A DNA stretch of 59,435 nt, counting the filler. It is 6 parts of 6 records of this genome, joined end to end, with 100 filler letters (N's around TTAATTAATTAA, not from the genome) between each part and the next. Parts side by side here need not be neighbours in the genome. Positions count along the whole stretch, not along the records: positions 35,860 to 59,435 come from SRR31147125_11205; 5 more parts are not named here. The stretch is one strand, 5' to 3'. Each line of letters opens with the position of its first letter. Within the stretch, counting starts at the first letter, position 1. The translations under genes and the position numbers were made by a program. Below are positions 43,253 to 56,588 of this stretch, one piece after another. The notes under the pieces were generated by a model, which worked only from the letters and a program-made list of their open reading frames with translations, was not told the origin of the DNA and did not search any database.

Positions 43253-45860
43253 TTAAAATGTATACCCCACACTGACATGAATCCGACCGGCATCCTCCCC
43301 CTCTTCCCGATCAAGCTTGTACCCATAAAGCACTCCCAAGGGGCCAATGGGGGTGATGTATCGCAGCCCCACGCCCGCAGATGATCTAAACCCGGATGAA
43401 TCCAACGCGGACTCGCTATCAGCATCGGGATCAAGTGCCCCTACCCGACCCGCATCCAGAAAACAGTTCACCTCGAAGTTGGCCGGAAGCTCGATCCTGG
43501 CTTCCAAGGTGGCGTTGATACTGGTTCGGCCCCCTACGGGATCGTCATAGAGGTCAAAATCGAGCATATTCTCTTTGAATCCTCTGACATCTGAGGTGCC
43601 TCCCAGAAAAAAAGCTGATCTTCAGCCACACTATCTTCCGAGCCAAATGGTTGGATATACCCCAGCCGGGTCCTCAAAGCGAACACCACATGAGTGATGG
43701 GAGAGACATACTTTCTCAAATCCAGCTTGTATTTAAAAAATCGATCCAGATCCGTGTCAAATCCGGTAAACAAATCCACAGACGCCGTACTCAACATGCC
43801 CTTGGTGGGACGAACCGATGAATCCCGGGTATCATATCCCAAGGATCCGGTGGTGATAAGAATATTTCGGGTTTCCTGCTCTTCGGGATCCACATCTCCG
43901 TATGTTTGCCGGTTTTCATATTTCAGATTCAATCCTGCGGTAAGTCCTTTGATCCAGAGCGCTCGGGTCACCCCTGCCTCTCCACCAAACGTCCTTGTTC
44001 CGAACTCCTGATTGAGCGCCTCTTCATCTTCGGCATAAAGACTCCATACGGCATGGAACGGAGTACCCCATAAATAGGGTTTGGAAAGACCGCTCTCCAC
44101 CCGGTAACCGATTCCGCTCACCTTGGCAGCAATCCAGGCGTCGATCTCCCTACCGAGAAAGTTGTTGTCTCCGATTTCAGCCTCCAGATAAAAGGTCTGC
44201 TCGGTATCATATCCGATGGCTGCTTCCACATAATAGGGAAGATTCTCTTCGATCATCACTTCCAGATCCGGTGCGGCTTCCATGCGATTGAGTCCCGGTG
44301 CGTTGATCCGGACGGATTTTACGGCACTGCTCTCTCGAATCTGTTTTTCTGAAATCAACACCTGACGAAGAGAAAACGGCTCTCCCGGTGTCACAGTTAG
44401 GCGTTCATGAATGATATCTTCTTGCAGACGGGTGTTACCGCTGTAGCGGACGGTTCCGAATCGGGTGAAGGACCCCGATTCCACATGCCATGTCACTTCC
44501 GCCTGTTGTCTGTCTTGACTTAGCTTTGCATCCCCGACCACTTTGACATGGGGATAGCCCTTTTCAGAAATCAGCATGCCCAGCAGGTTGGCATCACTGG
44601 TGATCATATACTCTCGAAAGGGCAGCCCAACATTGAGAGAGAGTTTTGTCAACGCGTCATCCATGGACAAGATGTTATCCAGACCTACAATCTCAGCTTT
44701 CGATACCAGGGTCTGGATTCCTTCATCAACGGAGATGGTGATATTGACCAACTGAACATCTATTTCATCCCTTTCATCTTTTCCTTGGGAAGCATTTACA
44801 CTAGGATCATCATGCTTTTTTTCGACTTCATTCTCTATTATTACCTCCTGAGTTTTTTCCAATTGAGCGGTTTCTTCAACATCAATTGTTTTATCGATGT
44901 TGACATTCAAAAATCCTTTACTGAGATAGAGCAGCTCAATGGCGTTGATATCTTTCTTGAGCACCTTTTCATTGAAGCCGCCACTCGTGAGCATCCCTTT
45001 TTCCCGGGTCAGCATGACATCCAAGATCTCTTTTTCCTCAATGCTCCCGTTTCCGGAGATGGTCAATCTATTGACAACCACCTGATCTCCTTCTTCAATC
45101 AGATAGCGCACATGCCAAATTTCAGCGTCAGTTTTTTCCTGCTCTTGGGAATCCTCCACGACCTTTTTGCTCTTCTCAAATATGACGTTCACCTCTTGAA
45201 ATCCGGCATCCAAATAGTATTGTCGAATATTTACCTTTCCTTTCTTCAGAGCCGCATCCCGGATATTTCCTTTTTTTACCAGGTCGATCTTCTTTTTCAG
45301 CGCCCGATCCGAGTAAAAGGCATTGCCCTCAAATACCAGCTCATATTGAAGCCCTTCACGGATTTCAAGAATAATATCGATGGATTCCGTGGACTTGGAA
45401 ATTTTTGTTGATTTGCCGGCCGACTTTTTGCCCGAATGGTTCTCATCCGAGTTCTCATTGATGGTGTAGCGCACATCAATATCCGGATATCCTTTTTTTC
45501 GATATAATTCGATGACACTATCAATATCTTTTTGCAGCCACTTTTCATTGAAACAATTAAGATTTCCCGGCATCAAAGATGAGTGCCAGGTTTTCATTCG
45601 AAGCTTCAGACGCGCGGTGGAAATTGCACGATTGCCTTGAAGTTCCAGGGAGTCGATGTGGATACATCCATCATGCCCCCCCCCTTTTTCTCATTTGTTT
45701 CAGCGGCCTGATCCATCTGACCGGTTTGTATTACTGCTGTTGCCGATGCATTGTCATTGGGCTGGGAATATCCCATGCCGCACCCCCACACCCCCCATGC
45801 GATGACAATACCGAGCCGAATCACGCCCAATGTTCCCCACCCTTCTTTAGCCATTACCAT
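43253..45860 (-). CDS. Omp85 (BamA/TamA-like) outer-membrane protein with several POTRA domains; frameshifts near 45680 and 43610
   Basis: POTRA repeats (FEGN, ISGN, YSGN), NNFLGR, rejoined FFLGGTSDVRGF, C-terminal TPIGPL...VGYTF. Confidence 0.88.
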
Positions 45861-46026
45861 TCCGCTCCCATCCCAGCTCGTCCTTTTTCATATTATGTCG
45901 TGCAGATGTCATCATTCGTGTTTGATTCTCGAATTTTTGTCTCAAAATCAAAAAAATTGAAAAAAATTGAAAAAAATTACGGAGTGCTGTTTTCCCGCAT
46001 TAGTTTCCTCAATTGGACCCGAATGT

Positions 46027-49000
46027 TCATTTGAATTCCAATCGATAGCGCACCTCACCACCGAATTGCCCGGCAGAATCCTGAAATCCGCTGACGGAGA
46101 CATTATCCGTCATTTTATACTCCGTAACTGTTTTATGAATCATCTCTCCATCTTCCGTTTCAGCTCCGTATTTGACTGTAATCTTATCCGTGATCTTCTT
46201 TCCTACGGTGACATTGAGATCGGACAGGGCATTGCTGTCGCTGTCGTTGCCGAATCCCATCTCAAAGATATCGAGACCTGTGGCAACTTTCAGATTATCA
46301 CTCACAGCAGATGCCGCCACTTGGGAGAGCATCCCGGCTGCCGATAGTGTCGTTCCCCCTTCGGCGCTGATCAATTCACTGACGGTTTTCCCCCTCAACA
46401 ACAATGACAGAATATCGGCATCTTCCAGCTGGGGATCGGATGAGAGCCCGAAATTCAGATTGTCCGGCGTGCCGGAAACGGCCAGTGTCACCTCCCAATC
46501 CCTTACGGTGCGATTGGATTCGATATCCAGCTCCGGCTCAATGGCATACGGGTTGACAAAATCGACAATTCCCCGTGTCAACGTAAACTCACTGGCTTGA
46601 TAGGTAATGGTACCGGGATCGATTTCCGAACGACCGGATACCCTTGGGGCAGCCGCGGTTCCCTGGATATTAATATTCGGATGAATCTCCATATAGGCCA
46701 GATTGTTGTCCACAACAAACGGCGTGGCACCTCGTACCGCCACATCCAGCCGAATCCGATCCAATAGGGGATTTCGGTTCTCCTTGGATTGCACCGTTTT
46801 TCTGACACGCTTTTTTTCAGTCAATGTAGAGATGAGCCTTTTCTCGACACTGATATCTTGACTCCAGCTTGCCCCTTCCAGCACCAGCTCACCATTGACC
46901 AAACCGTTTTTTAATTCGTTTTTGTCAAATCCGGCCTGAAACTCGAGATTCGAGTGCAGTTCACCTTCCAGGCCATCCACCATATCCATAGGCAGTGATG
47001 TTGCGGTCAACCCGGCACGGATTGTTTTAGGCATCAACTCTACTAATTTTACTTCACCGTTCAATGCAAAGTCACCGGTACCAAACTCACCTTTGATCCG
47101 GGGAATGGTGATCTTGTTTAAATTTCCGGTAATGGTTCCGTTTATCTTTTCCACTCGACCGAAATCTTCAGGCAAGGTCACGGCCACTTGATGAAAGGTG
47201 ACTTTGGCATCTATTTCCGCCCCTTTTACAAACTCCGGAACACCGCCCTGATCTTTCATATTTTTATTCGATTTCGGCGTATTATGCGTTTTCCCGCCCT
47301 TTCCGAAACCTTGAGCATTCTGACGGTTTTTCCCCATGTCGGCGTCTCGATCCTGTTGAGCCACACCGTCTCCACTTAAGTGCGTGGACAAGTCCAGCTG
47401 ACCATTGAAATCCAGATCCACCGCCCCCTCCATGAGAGGCAGATCCGAAACAAAAACGGATGCAACCGACAGCGGAAGATGGGCCGATGCTTCTGCCCGG
47501 ACGATCCCGGACAGCTCTCCGGAGGCGGCCACGGTCAGCTCTCCCTTTTCAGGTAATACCGTCTTAAACTTTTCGACGTTGAAGGACTTACCATCACTCC
47601 ATGCATTCATCTTTTTGATCTGAATGGGCGCCTCTTTATACTTCCGATGCCCAATGGAAAGATCGTCGATTGTGCAGCGGGCCGTCAATTGATCAGGCGT
47701 GGATGCGTTGCCTTCCACCATCACCTTTCCGGTCAGTCGACCATCAATATCTTTGACGCCCGCCACGGAGAGCCAAGGCAGGAGATCCGTTCTATTGAAG
47801 AGGACTTTTGCCGAAAAGTCCCCGGACTTCAGGGCATACGCGGCGTCGATATCAAAATTAAATCGGCCTTTCACTTCGGCACGTCCATCCTTCATTGAAA
47901 TGTCGGCAGAAAAATCTTCCAAAGGCTTTTCCATGACCACCAGATTCTTCAATTGAATCGTCCCACTGACCTCAGGGGCATCAAAACTTCCCTTTGCAGC
48001 AACATGACATGTCGCCACGCCTTGAAGTTTTTCCTGCTTGGCTATGGCTTGGATTTTTGTGAGATCAATGCCGTCTCCATATGATGTCAACGACATTTCA
48101 AATGCATTGCTGCCGTCAAGACGAAGCCGAGCATCCGTCATCACCCCGACATCTTTATCCAAGGCCACCTTCAAAGTGGGGATGGTCAGAATGTTATCCT
48201 CTACCTTTGCGGACAGGCTCAGACCATCCAGATGCTCTCCGGCTGCCCGGATATTGTCCGCATCCAAATCCAAGTCGATGATGGGCGATTGGATATCCCC
48301 TTGAATGGTCGTGTGAAGCGTGATTGTCCCACTGATCTGATCATCCGGCATCCCCTCCAGCGCGGATTTGACGGGTGCTAACTTTCCAAGCGCTTCCATA
48401 CAGCGAGCCAGATCAATGGGCTTTCGAGAATCCAAGGTTAAATCCAGTTTGGGAGATTTAAGCAACCGATAGATCCGCCCTTTTTGCTCATTTTCTCTTT
48501 CTCCGGCGTCTCTTGTACCTTTTTTATTCTCTTTATCGGCTTCCAGGAGAATCACCTTTCCTCCCAAGCCTATCTCCGCACTGCAGGAAGCCAGATCAAA
48601 TTGATCCACCGCCATGATCCCCCGGGCAAGAGAGAGCGAAATATCGGCATCCAAGGAGGGATAATTCAAATACGTCACCTGATCCGCCTTGAGCGACAAT
48701 CGGGCTTGGGGATCGGTCATGTTGCCTGCCAGGTGAGCCTTGAATGCGCATGCCCCCGATTCCCCGAACATTTTCCTCTTCAAGAATTTTTCCCGGCTGA
48801 ATTTCATCGCCGGTAATTTGAACATCCCAATTGATTCGGCGAAGCGCCATGTCTGCTCCCGACTGTAAGAACCCACCGGGAAATGCGTCGGTCAAAACAA
48901 TGTTTCCTTGGGTCAACAACCGGGCATGGTTGTGATCGATCTCAAACGACGAAATGGTGACGACCCGGCTATCCATTTTTCCCTCAAAGGCCGCTTTTTT

Positions 49001-49972
49001 CACCTTCCGCCCCATAATGACGGCATCGGGATAATTCACTGTGAAATGTACAACAGGATCGTTAGGCTTCCCTGAGACCATGCCCCGAAAGGTCATGTCA
49101 CCGGAAATATTCTCTTCAAGTCCAACCATTTGGACAATTTTATCCGTTGCGAGGTTGCCATCGAGTTGCAAGTTAAGCGTTCTATCATTGGTCAATAGGT
49201 GAGCGATCGTGCCGGTCAAATCAAGATCCGCAGCTTCGGAACGTATGGCAATGGCCAATTTTTCAATGGTTTCTTCAAGACAGCGGAGCTCCAAAGAGGT
49301 ATTTTGCACATTGATATTCATACCTGGTTGATGGAACTGAATGGGACCGGTTTTTGTGATCAGCGCCATGGATTGCGCGAACAGATTCCCTTGACCGGAT
49401 ATATCCAATCCCTCCAAATGAACGGTCATATCATCCGGGTGAGAGCGGTATTGACAAGCCCCATCAATAATTCGAAGAGACTGGACAATGACATTGAAAG
49501 GGAATTCATTCCACTGGGAAGAAGAATCGTTGGTATCCTCTGACTTCTCTGACTTTTCACCCTTTGGAAAGGCCTTGCCGATATTGACCTCATTGCCTTC
49601 AAGCAATTCAATGGTTACTTTGGGCGAGTCTAAAGTGCACGCTTCAACAATGACCTGACGTTGTAACCATTTAGAGGGATTCAAATCCAGGTTGAGGTTC
49701 AACTGCTTTACCGATGCAAGTTCTTCATTTTCCAGGCTCAACCGAACCCCTTCCAAAGTGATCTCTCCCTGGAAAGGTGAGAGGGAAAAGCGTGTCCACT
49801 GCATTGTCCCGGGAATTCGGATGTTGATCTCTTCTTGAGCCATCCGACTGAAATGATCGGTATTGATATAGGTTAAGAGGCCAAAGATACCCCCAATTAG
49901 TAATAGAATGCCACCAAAGAAAAGTGAAGAACTCACCACCAGGAATTTTTTCAAGAAAGGCCCCGCTTGCAT
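46027..49972 (-). CDS. tamB: TamB / DUF490 translocation and assembly protein, frameshift near 48755
   Basis: N-terminal TM anchor, long beta-rich repeats, C-terminal LSSDPQL..ILSLLL and YRLEFK; adjacent to an Omp85 gene. Confidence 0.87.
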
Positions 49973-50187
49973 TTACTATTTCCGCTGCGTTACGTACCAC
50001 TGATGTTCAACAGCCTTGCGTATGGTTCACGACAATGTTTAGCCTCCAGTCTGTTTACAAGAGGCTTGGTTTCCTTTATACTGAACACTCTTTTCATAAA
50101 CCAAACCACTGTGATGCACAACAGTAAATATACCTTATTCAGGATATACAAATAGAACAAATTTAACCATAAGGAGAGTCAGACCCC

Positions 50188-50496
50188 ATGAGCGAAATAA
50201 TCAGAGAAAAGGATCATACCGTTATCCGTCCGGGAATAAGCGTGGTTGCTTCCATGGCTGAAACTTTCAAACAGGAACTGTTGTCTGCCATCAATACATA
50301 TGAGGGAAAACTGGTCATTGATCTGGCAGGTGTCGAGATGGTGGATTCCATTGGATTGGGGGTGATCATTGCCGCCCATAATACCCTCGATCAAAAAGGA
50401 TCTCAGCTTGAGATTATCAATGTATCCGAAGATATATACGGTCTTTTCACCACCATGAGACTGAATCGCCGATTCAAAGTGGAAAAAGCATCCTAA
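50188..50496 (+). CDS. STAS-domain anti-sigma factor antagonist
   Basis: IDLAGVEMVDSIGLG with the phosphorylatable Ser. Confidence 0.9.
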   Translation: MSEIIREKDHTVIRPGISVVASMAETFKQELLSAINTYEGKLVIDLAGVEMVDSIGLGVIIAAHNTLDQKGSQLEIINVSEDIYGLFTTMRLNRRFKVEKAS

Positions 50497-50706
50497 CCAA
50501 TCTGTCAAAAAAAGTCGGTCTTAGATAACTTGTCCATTGCAGTCACGCCCGTTGAGGGATGGTCTTTCCGTTTTTTTTAGTGAGAAAGTTATTTCGGCCA
50601 CAATTCTAAAGTATCACCCAACGCAATGCCAAACAAAAGATGGCTCATCAAAGGGGATGATCCCATACCCCATCTGATGTGCCATCCCATTAAAGAGGAT
50701 GAACCT

Positions 50707-51078
50707 TTGAAACGCATACAAGATTTATATCATGTCATCGTGATATCGATATGCCTCTTTTCCGCCTCTCTCTTCCTGACAGGATGCGGGGAAGATGACA
50801 AAGGGGATTATACCGGTGTCGGTAAGCTGATCTCCGACAGAAACAAAGCCAGGCACAAAACGACGCCCTCTGAGTCACCGGATTCAGATGACGACACGCT
50901 TTACACTGAGGATCTGCCGCAAACCGATTCTTCTTCCAAGAAGAAAAGATCCGGTCTGACATTTGAGGAGAACGTGAAAATCATCAGCGAGAAGTCGGGA
51001 AAAACCATTGCAAGAGCGACGGCATATCTGGATAAAAGCGGTCGTATCATTAATATCCGGTTGAAGAAAAGACGCTGA
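50707..51078 (+). CDS. Hypothetical lipoprotein
   Basis: TTG at 50707 after GAGG; hydrophobic stretch and lipobox LTGC. Confidence 0.6.
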   Translation: MKRIQDLYHVIVISICLFSASLFLTGCGEDDKGDYTGVGKLISDRNKARHKTTPSESPDSDDDTLYTEDLPQTDSSSKKKRSGLTFEENVKIISEKSGKTIARATAYLDKSGRIINIRLKKRR

Positions 51079-51816
51079 TTATGATTCTTTCCATGCTTTG
51101 GTAATCTTCTGAAGAATGGGACGGATGATATCGGCATCCTCCGGAGGAACCATCAGGGCGGGGATGGATCTGTTTTGGATCAGATGCTGAGCCATGCCGG
51201 CTTCTACGGTGTCCTCTCTGCACCTCTCTTGATCGTTGCTATCCCATGGATGGGACGAATAGAGAATCATGTCTGAAAAATTACCGGACACGCCTTCTGC
51301 ATCAAGATGCTCGATGTACTGCATGAACAGATTGTTTATCGTCAATACTTCCGGTGAAACCTGTGCAAATCCTTTTTCGGCGCATGGAATCTCCGACAGC
51401 AGGGCCCGGCATCCAAAGGGGCGATAATCGTATATGGGACATAGATAGTCCCCCCGCAAAATCGGGCAGTGTCCCCAGTCGGGGTCATTTTCCTCTTCAG
51501 GAATCTCCTGATCGGCCATGCATAATGCAGCCAATCCATTGGTACTCACTTTGGGACGATACCTGACGGGCGCTTGATTTTCCTTGATTTGCGTTTGGAT
51601 TTTCTCCCTTTGATCCGGCGTCAAATGCGTCAACAGATACGCGACTTCAAGGGAAGTCAGAGTGACATTACAGGTACAACATGCTGCACAGCCCTTACTA
51701 CAGTGCCATGAATCTTCTTCAGCGCCCCTTTTCGTTACCGATTGGTATAAACCGTAGAGTCGCTCCAAAATTTCAAACTGTTTAGCCGTATATCTTCTTA
51801 TCAAATCTTCACCCAT
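51079..51816 (-). CDS. YkgJ-family CxxCxxCC zinc/iron-chelating protein
   Basis: CSKGCAACC, CPIL, CPIYDYRPFGCR. Start uncertain (51816 or 51846). Confidence 0.85.
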   Translation of the reverse strand: MGEDLIRRYTAKQFEILERLYGLYQSVTKRGAEEDSWHCSKGCAACCTCNVTLTSLEVAYLLTHLTPDQREKIQTQIKENQAPVRYRPKVSTNGLAALCMADQEIPEEENDPDWGHCPILRGDYLCPIYDYRPFGCRALLSEIPCAEKGFAQVSPEVLTINNLFMQYIEHLDAEGVSGNFSDMILYSSHPWDSNDQERCREDTVEAGMAQHLIQNRSIPALMVPPEDADIIRPILQKITKAWKES

Positions 51817-51871
51817 GATATCCCTCTTTTGCCTGAGTTCATTCATCAAAAAATCTAATTGGAGATAAAAA

Positions 51872-53011
51872 TTGATACCCAAAGTATATTTTACCAACTT
51901 CAAAGCCAATTCCAAAGAAAATCTATTAGACAAGCTTGAACGACTGATTGATCTGGCCGGAATTCAGGATGTTCTGGCCAAGGACGATCTGGCAGCCGTC
52001 AAACTCCACTTTGGAGAACGGGGCAATGTGGCCTTCATTCGTCCTCCCTACATTCGAAGAGTTGTGCAGACCATTCGAAAATCCGGGGCATCCCCCTTTC
52101 TCACCGATGCAAACACCCTCTACGCCGGGGCCCGCAGCAATACTGTCTCCCATATTTGTACGGCAGTGGAAAACGGATTTGCCTATTCCTCCATGGATGG
52201 TGCCCCTGTGGTGATTGCCGACGGTCTCAGAGGGAAAAGTGAAACCGCGGTGGAGATCAACCGGAAACATTGCAATCATGTCTATATCGGCAGTGAAATC
52301 ATTGCAGCCGACGCGTTGATCTCTGTGGCCCATGTCAAAGGCCATGAACTCTCCGGATTCGGCGGTACTTTGAAAAATCTCGGTATGGGGTGCGCCTCCC
52401 GTAAAGGAAAGCTGGATCAACACTCCAATGTCAGCCCTAAAATTAAAAGTAAGACCTGCATCGGGTGCGGCAATTGTGCGGATCATTGCCCGGGGGAGGC
52501 CATCTCTGTTGAAGAGAGTAAGGCATCCATTGATAAAACGTTGTGCATCGGGTGTGGGGAATGCATTTTGCGATGCCCGACCTCATCGGTCAACATTCGA
52601 TGGAACCAGACCATCCCCGTGTTCCTGGAAAAAATGATGGAGTACACCCTGGGGGTGTTGAAAAACAAGCAGGATAAAGCTTTTTTCATTAACTTTGTAA
52701 CCGATATTTCACCGGCCTGCGACTGCATGTCTTACAATGACCGTCCCATTGTTCAGGATATCGGAGTATTGGCAAGCACCGATCCTGTGGCCATTGATCA
52801 GGCATCGGTTGATCTGATCAACGCTCAAGAGGCCCTTCCCGGCACCTGCCTGACCAAGAATAAATTGCCCGGGGAAGATAAATTCAAAGGGCTCTATCCT
52901 GAAGTGGATTGGGAACTGCAATTCAAATATGCAGAACAGATCGGTCTGGGAAGTCGACAATATGAACTGGAGAGAGTCAAGACATTGACGTGGAAAAAAT
53001 CTGAAGAATAG
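51872..53011 (+). CDS. DUF362 Fe-S protein with a 2x[4Fe-4S] ferredoxin domain
   Basis: KLHFGE, HVKGH, KNLGMG, two CxxCxxCxxxCP motifs, DPVAID. Confidence 0.9.
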   Translation: MIPKVYFTNFKANSKENLLDKLERLIDLAGIQDVLAKDDLAAVKLHFGERGNVAFIRPPYIRRVVQTIRKSGASPFLTDANTLYAGARSNTVSHICTAVENGFAYSSMDGAPVVIADGLRGKSETAVEINRKHCNHVYIGSEIIAADALISVAHVKGHELSGFGGTLKNLGMGCASRKGKLDQHSNVSPKIKSKTCIGCGNCADHCPGEAISVEESKASIDKTLCIGCGECILRCPTSSVNIRWNQTIPVFLEKMMEYTLGVLKNKQDKAFFINFVTDISPACDCMSYNDRPIVQDIGVLASTDPVAIDQASVDLINAQEALPGTCLTKNKLPGEDKFKGLYPEVDWELQFKYAEQIGLGSRQYELERVKTLTWKKSEE

Positions 53012-53037
53012 ACACCAGAGCAAAACTGATTCCATAG

Positions 53038-53814
53038 TTAGATGTGAATCAGCTCGCCGGGTCTGTCGGGCATGGCCACATGAACATTCACCTCCGGATC
53101 CCCCAACATGCCGCTGACGGTTTGCCATGCTTTCTCCGGGGTGTTGTTCTCTTCGCTCAAATGGGCCAGAATGACATGTTTGAGGCCCCCGTTTTTCACC
53201 TCGCCCAAAAGCGCTCCAGCTTCCTGATTGGAAAGATGGCCCCGCCGGCTTCTCACCCGCTGTTTCAAATACCATGGGTAAGGGCCTAAATGGAGCATTT
53301 CCGGATCGTGGTTGGCCTCGATATAGAGAAGTGAGCTGTCTCGAAGATGCGTCTTCACAAGGGAGGTGGCAACCCCCAGGTCGGTGGCAACCCCCAGTTT
53401 GCATGCACAATGCTCAAAGGTAAATCCTGATGGATCCTGAGCATCGTGGGAGATGGAAAAGGGATTGACGGTCAGCTCACCAATGGAAAAGGGGCGACCG
53501 CATTGAAACTGAGTCACTTGGGTCACCTTTCCCAACTTGGGGGTGGCCGCTTGAAACGTCTTTTCATTGATATAGAGGGGAATGTGATACCGGCGGCTCA
53601 GCACCCCCGCTCCTTTCACATGATCGGCATGCTCGTGAGAGATCACCACCCCTTTGAGGGTATCGGGAGAGAGCCCCTTTTCCGCCATTCGTCGTTCCAG
53701 CTCAATGCCGGAAAGTCCGGCATCCAAAAGAACCGCACTCTTTCCAGCTGAAATATAAACGGCATTTCCCTTGCTGCCACTGGCAAGGGGGCAGATGGCG
53801 AGGCTCTTGTCCAT
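53038..53814 (-). CDS. Metallo-beta-lactamase-fold hydrolase (YycJ/WalJ-like)
   Basis: LASGSKGN, SHEHADH, EANHD, GHLSN, AHLS. Confidence 0.92.
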   Translation of the reverse strand: MDKSLAICPLASGSKGNAVYISAGKSAVLLDAGLSGIELERRMAEKGLSPDTLKGVVISHEHADHVKGAGVLSRRYHIPLYINEKTFQAATPKLGKVTQVTQFQCGRPFSIGELTVNPFSISHDAQDPSGFTFEHCACKLGVATDLGVATSLVKTHLRDSSLLYIEANHDPEMLHLGPYPWYLKQRVRSRRGHLSNQEAGALLGEVKNGGLKHVILAHLSEENNTPEKAWQTVSGMLGDPEVNVHVAMPDRPGELIHI

Positions 53815-55907
53815 TAAGACTCCTTCACTGCTTTATGGCTCAGACGGATTTTACCGTCACGGGTGATATCCAGCACTTTGACTTTAAGCATATCCCCCTC
53901 TTTCACCACATCGGTCACCTTTTTTACCCGATGGGGAGCCAATTCGGAAATATGAACCAGTCCGTCCGTACCGGTTTTAATTTGGACAAAGGCGCCGAAA
54001 TCGGTGGTCTTCACCACTTTACCCTCATAGATTCCGCCAATCTCGGGATCCAAACAGATGTCGTTGATCACCTTTTCCGCTGCAGCACCATCTGTCTCAT
54101 TTTCAGCGGCAACCTTGACCAAGCCGGTATCATCCACCTCAATGGTGGTGTTGGTGTCGCTCTGAATGGCTCGAATCATCTTTCCACCCGGGCCGATGAG
54201 ATCCCGGATCTTGTCCGGATGAATCTTCAATGAGATGATCTTGGGCGCATGGGGAGACATCTCACTTCGCGTTTCCTCCAAGGTCTCCAGCATCTTTCCG
54301 AGAATGTGCAGCCGCCCCTCTTTGGCCTGGTTCAATGCGTTAACCAGAATGTCTCTGGAGAGCTCTCGAATCTTGATATCCATCTGGAGAGCTGTAATTC
54401 CTTCGGCGGTTCCCGCCACCTTGAAATCCATATCTCCGAAGTGATCCTCATCACCGAGAATATCACTTAAAATGACAGTGTTTTCTTCATCCTGCACCAG
54501 TCCCATGGCAATACCGGATACCGGCGCCTTAATGGGAACCCCGCCATCCATCATGGCAAGCGTTCCGGCACAAACGGTTCCCATGGAGGAACTGCCGTTG
54601 GATTCCATGACCTCCGCCACCAGTCGAACCGTGTATTCGAAATCTTCCGAATTGGGCAGCACCCGTTCCAGTGCGCGTGTGGCCAAAGTCCCGTGACCGA
54701 TATCCCTTCGACTGGGACCACCGGGACGGCGGCACTCGCCTACTGAAAAAGGAGGAAAGTTGTAGTGCAGCATGAACGGATGTGAGACATCGCCATTCAA
54801 TGTTTCGACCCGTAGTTCATCCCTGCCGGATCCCAGGGTCAAAACGCCCATGACCTGGGTTTCACCTCGGGTAAAGAGGGCACTTCCGTGGGGACGGGGC
54901 AGGGTTCCCACTTCACAGGCAATGGGTCGAACCTCATCAAAGGCCCTGCCGTCGATTCGCTTATTTTCTCTTAATACAATGTCACGACTACACGCTTTTA
55001 CCAGATCTCCAAAAATGGATTTGATCTCACCGGCCTGTTCCGCATAGTCCTCGCCCAGCTCACTCTCAAACTGCGCCATGATCTCTGTTCGAAGCGCATC
55101 CATGGCGGCATTTCGTGCCATTTTTCCTTTCGTCTGGACGGTTTCACGGATCTGTTCCCAAGCCGCACTTTTCACTTTCGCGATCAAGGCGTCGTTCACT
55201 TCCGGGGGAGGAATCACCCGTTTTTCCTTACCCAGTGCAGTTTTAAGCTCATGCTGGATATCAATGAGCGGCTGCATGGCCTCATGGCCGAAGAAAATGG
55301 CATCCAGCATCTCCTGCTCCGATGCAATGTCCGCTCCGCCTTCCACCATCACCACACCGGTTTTGGATCCTGCCACCACCAGCTCGATGTCGCTTTGGGC
55401 CAACTGGCTATTGGTGGGATTGGCAACGAACTCCCCGTTGACCCGAGCCACTCTTACACCGGCGATGGGACCGGCAAAGGGAATGTCCGAAATTTCCAGG
55501 GCTGCAGACGCCCCCAGCATGGCAAGGACATCGGCTTCATGCTCTTTGTCCGTGGAAAGCACAGTGGCAATCACCTGGGTTTCATAGGAATATCCTTTTT
55601 CGAACAGCGGTCGGATAGGTCTGTCGATCAAGCGGCAGGTCAGGGTCTCTCTGTCACTGGGTCTACCGATCTCCCGCCTGAAATAGTTACCGGGAATTCT
55701 TCCGGCAGCATAAATTTTTTCCTGGTACTCCACTGAAAGGGGAAGGAAAGGAACATCTGTTTTCGGCTCCTTGGAGGCCACTACCGTCACCAGCACCATG
55801 GTCTCGCCATATTGAACAACAACAGAGCCTGATGCCTGTTTTGCTATTTTTCCGGACTGGATGCTCAGCTCTTTTCCGCTGATAATCGCTTTAACTACTT
55901 TTTCCAT
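53814..55907 (-). CDS. pnp: Polyribonucleotide nucleotidyltransferase
   Basis: [34 protein letters not shown] and S1 domains; ATG at 55907 with an AGGAG RBS. Confidence 0.98.
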   Translation of the reverse strand: MEKVVKAIISGKELSIQSGKIAKQASGSVVVQYGETMVLVTVVASKEPKTDVPFLPLSVEYQEKIYAAGRIPGNYFRREIGRPSDRETLTCRLIDRPIRPLFEKGYSYETQVIATVLSTDKEHEADVLAMLGASAALEISDIPFAGPIAGVRVARVNGEFVANPTNSQLAQSDIELVVAGSKTGVVMVEGGADIASEQEMLDAIFFGHEAMQPLIDIQHELKTALGKEKRVIPPPEVNDALIAKVKSAAWEQIRETVQTKGKMARNAAMDALRTEIMAQFESELGEDYAEQAGEIKSIFGDLVKACSRDIVLRENKRIDGRAFDEVRPIACEVGTLPRPHGSALFTRGETQVMGVLTLGSGRDELRVETLNGDVSHPFMLHYNFPPFSVGECRRPGGPSRRDIGHGTLATRALERVLPNSEDFEYTVRLVAEVMESNGSSSMGTVCAGTLAMMDGGVPIKAPVSGIAMGLVQDEENTVILSDILGDEDHFGDMDFKVAGTAEGITALQMDIKIRELSRDILVNALNQAKEGRLHILGKMLETLEETRSEMSPHAPKIISLKIHPDKIRDLIGPGGKMIRAIQSDTNTTIEVDDTGLVKVAAENETDGAAAEKVINDICLDPEIGGIYEGKVVKTTDFGAFVQIKTGTDGLVHISELAPHRVKKVTDVVKEGDMLKVKVLDITRDGKIRLSHKAVKES

Positions 55908-56109
55908 TTTTTCTCCTGTAAAAAAGGCGGCTTTCACGCCCTTCCCGTACAGAATAAACGCGCACATTCATCATCGACAAACCCGTCATCCATAGCGTCT
56001 TTCGAAGATGCACATGCGAACTTATTCATGTATCGGAAACGGCCGGAAAATACCGCCCCTCATCCTATCTCAAATTATGTGTCGTCATACGATAAAGATC
56101 GCATGACAC

Positions 56110-56151
56110 AAAAAAAGGAATCCCTGTAACATCCATCTGCTCAGGGATTCC
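56110..56151 (-). terminator. Rho-independent terminator after rpsO
   Basis: GGAATCCCTG/CAGGGATTCC stem followed by U7 on the minus strand. Confidence 0.75.
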
Positions 56152-56165
56152 AAAACCATCTTTTA

Positions 56166-56435
56166 TTATCTTCTCAAGCCAAGTTGCTCGATCAGATTAC
56201 GATATCGGTTGATATCTTTTTTCTTGAGGTAGTCCAGCAGGCTGCGGCGGCGGCCAACCAGAATGAGAAGTCCTCGTCTTGAGTGGTGATCTTTCTTATG
56301 CACTTTCACATGCTCGGTCAGATAGCTGATCCGATGGGTCAACAATGCAATCTGAACTTCCGGAGACCCGGTATCGGTGTCATGCTGTTTGAACTTCTCA
56401 ATCATTTCTTCTTTGTTTTCTGCTAATAAAACCAC
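56166..56435 (-). CDS. rpsO: 30S ribosomal protein S15
   Basis: GTG start at 56435 gives 89 aa; [24 protein letters not shown]. Confidence 0.98.
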   Translation of the reverse strand: MVLLAENKEEMIEKFKQHDTDTGSPEVQIALLTHRISYLTEHVKVHKKDHHSRRGLLILVGRRRSLLDYLKKKDINRYRNLIEQLGLRR

Positions 56436-56588
56436 TTTGTCACTCCTTAATCTTGGAATAAATAAATATTTGACACGCTTGAATCTTCTTCCCTGACGCC
56501 GCCCTAAACCAATATTCCATTCAGAAAAGGGCATGGAAAACAAAAGAAGTCAGCGCATCAACGGCAAAATTGAACGCCATGCTAACAA

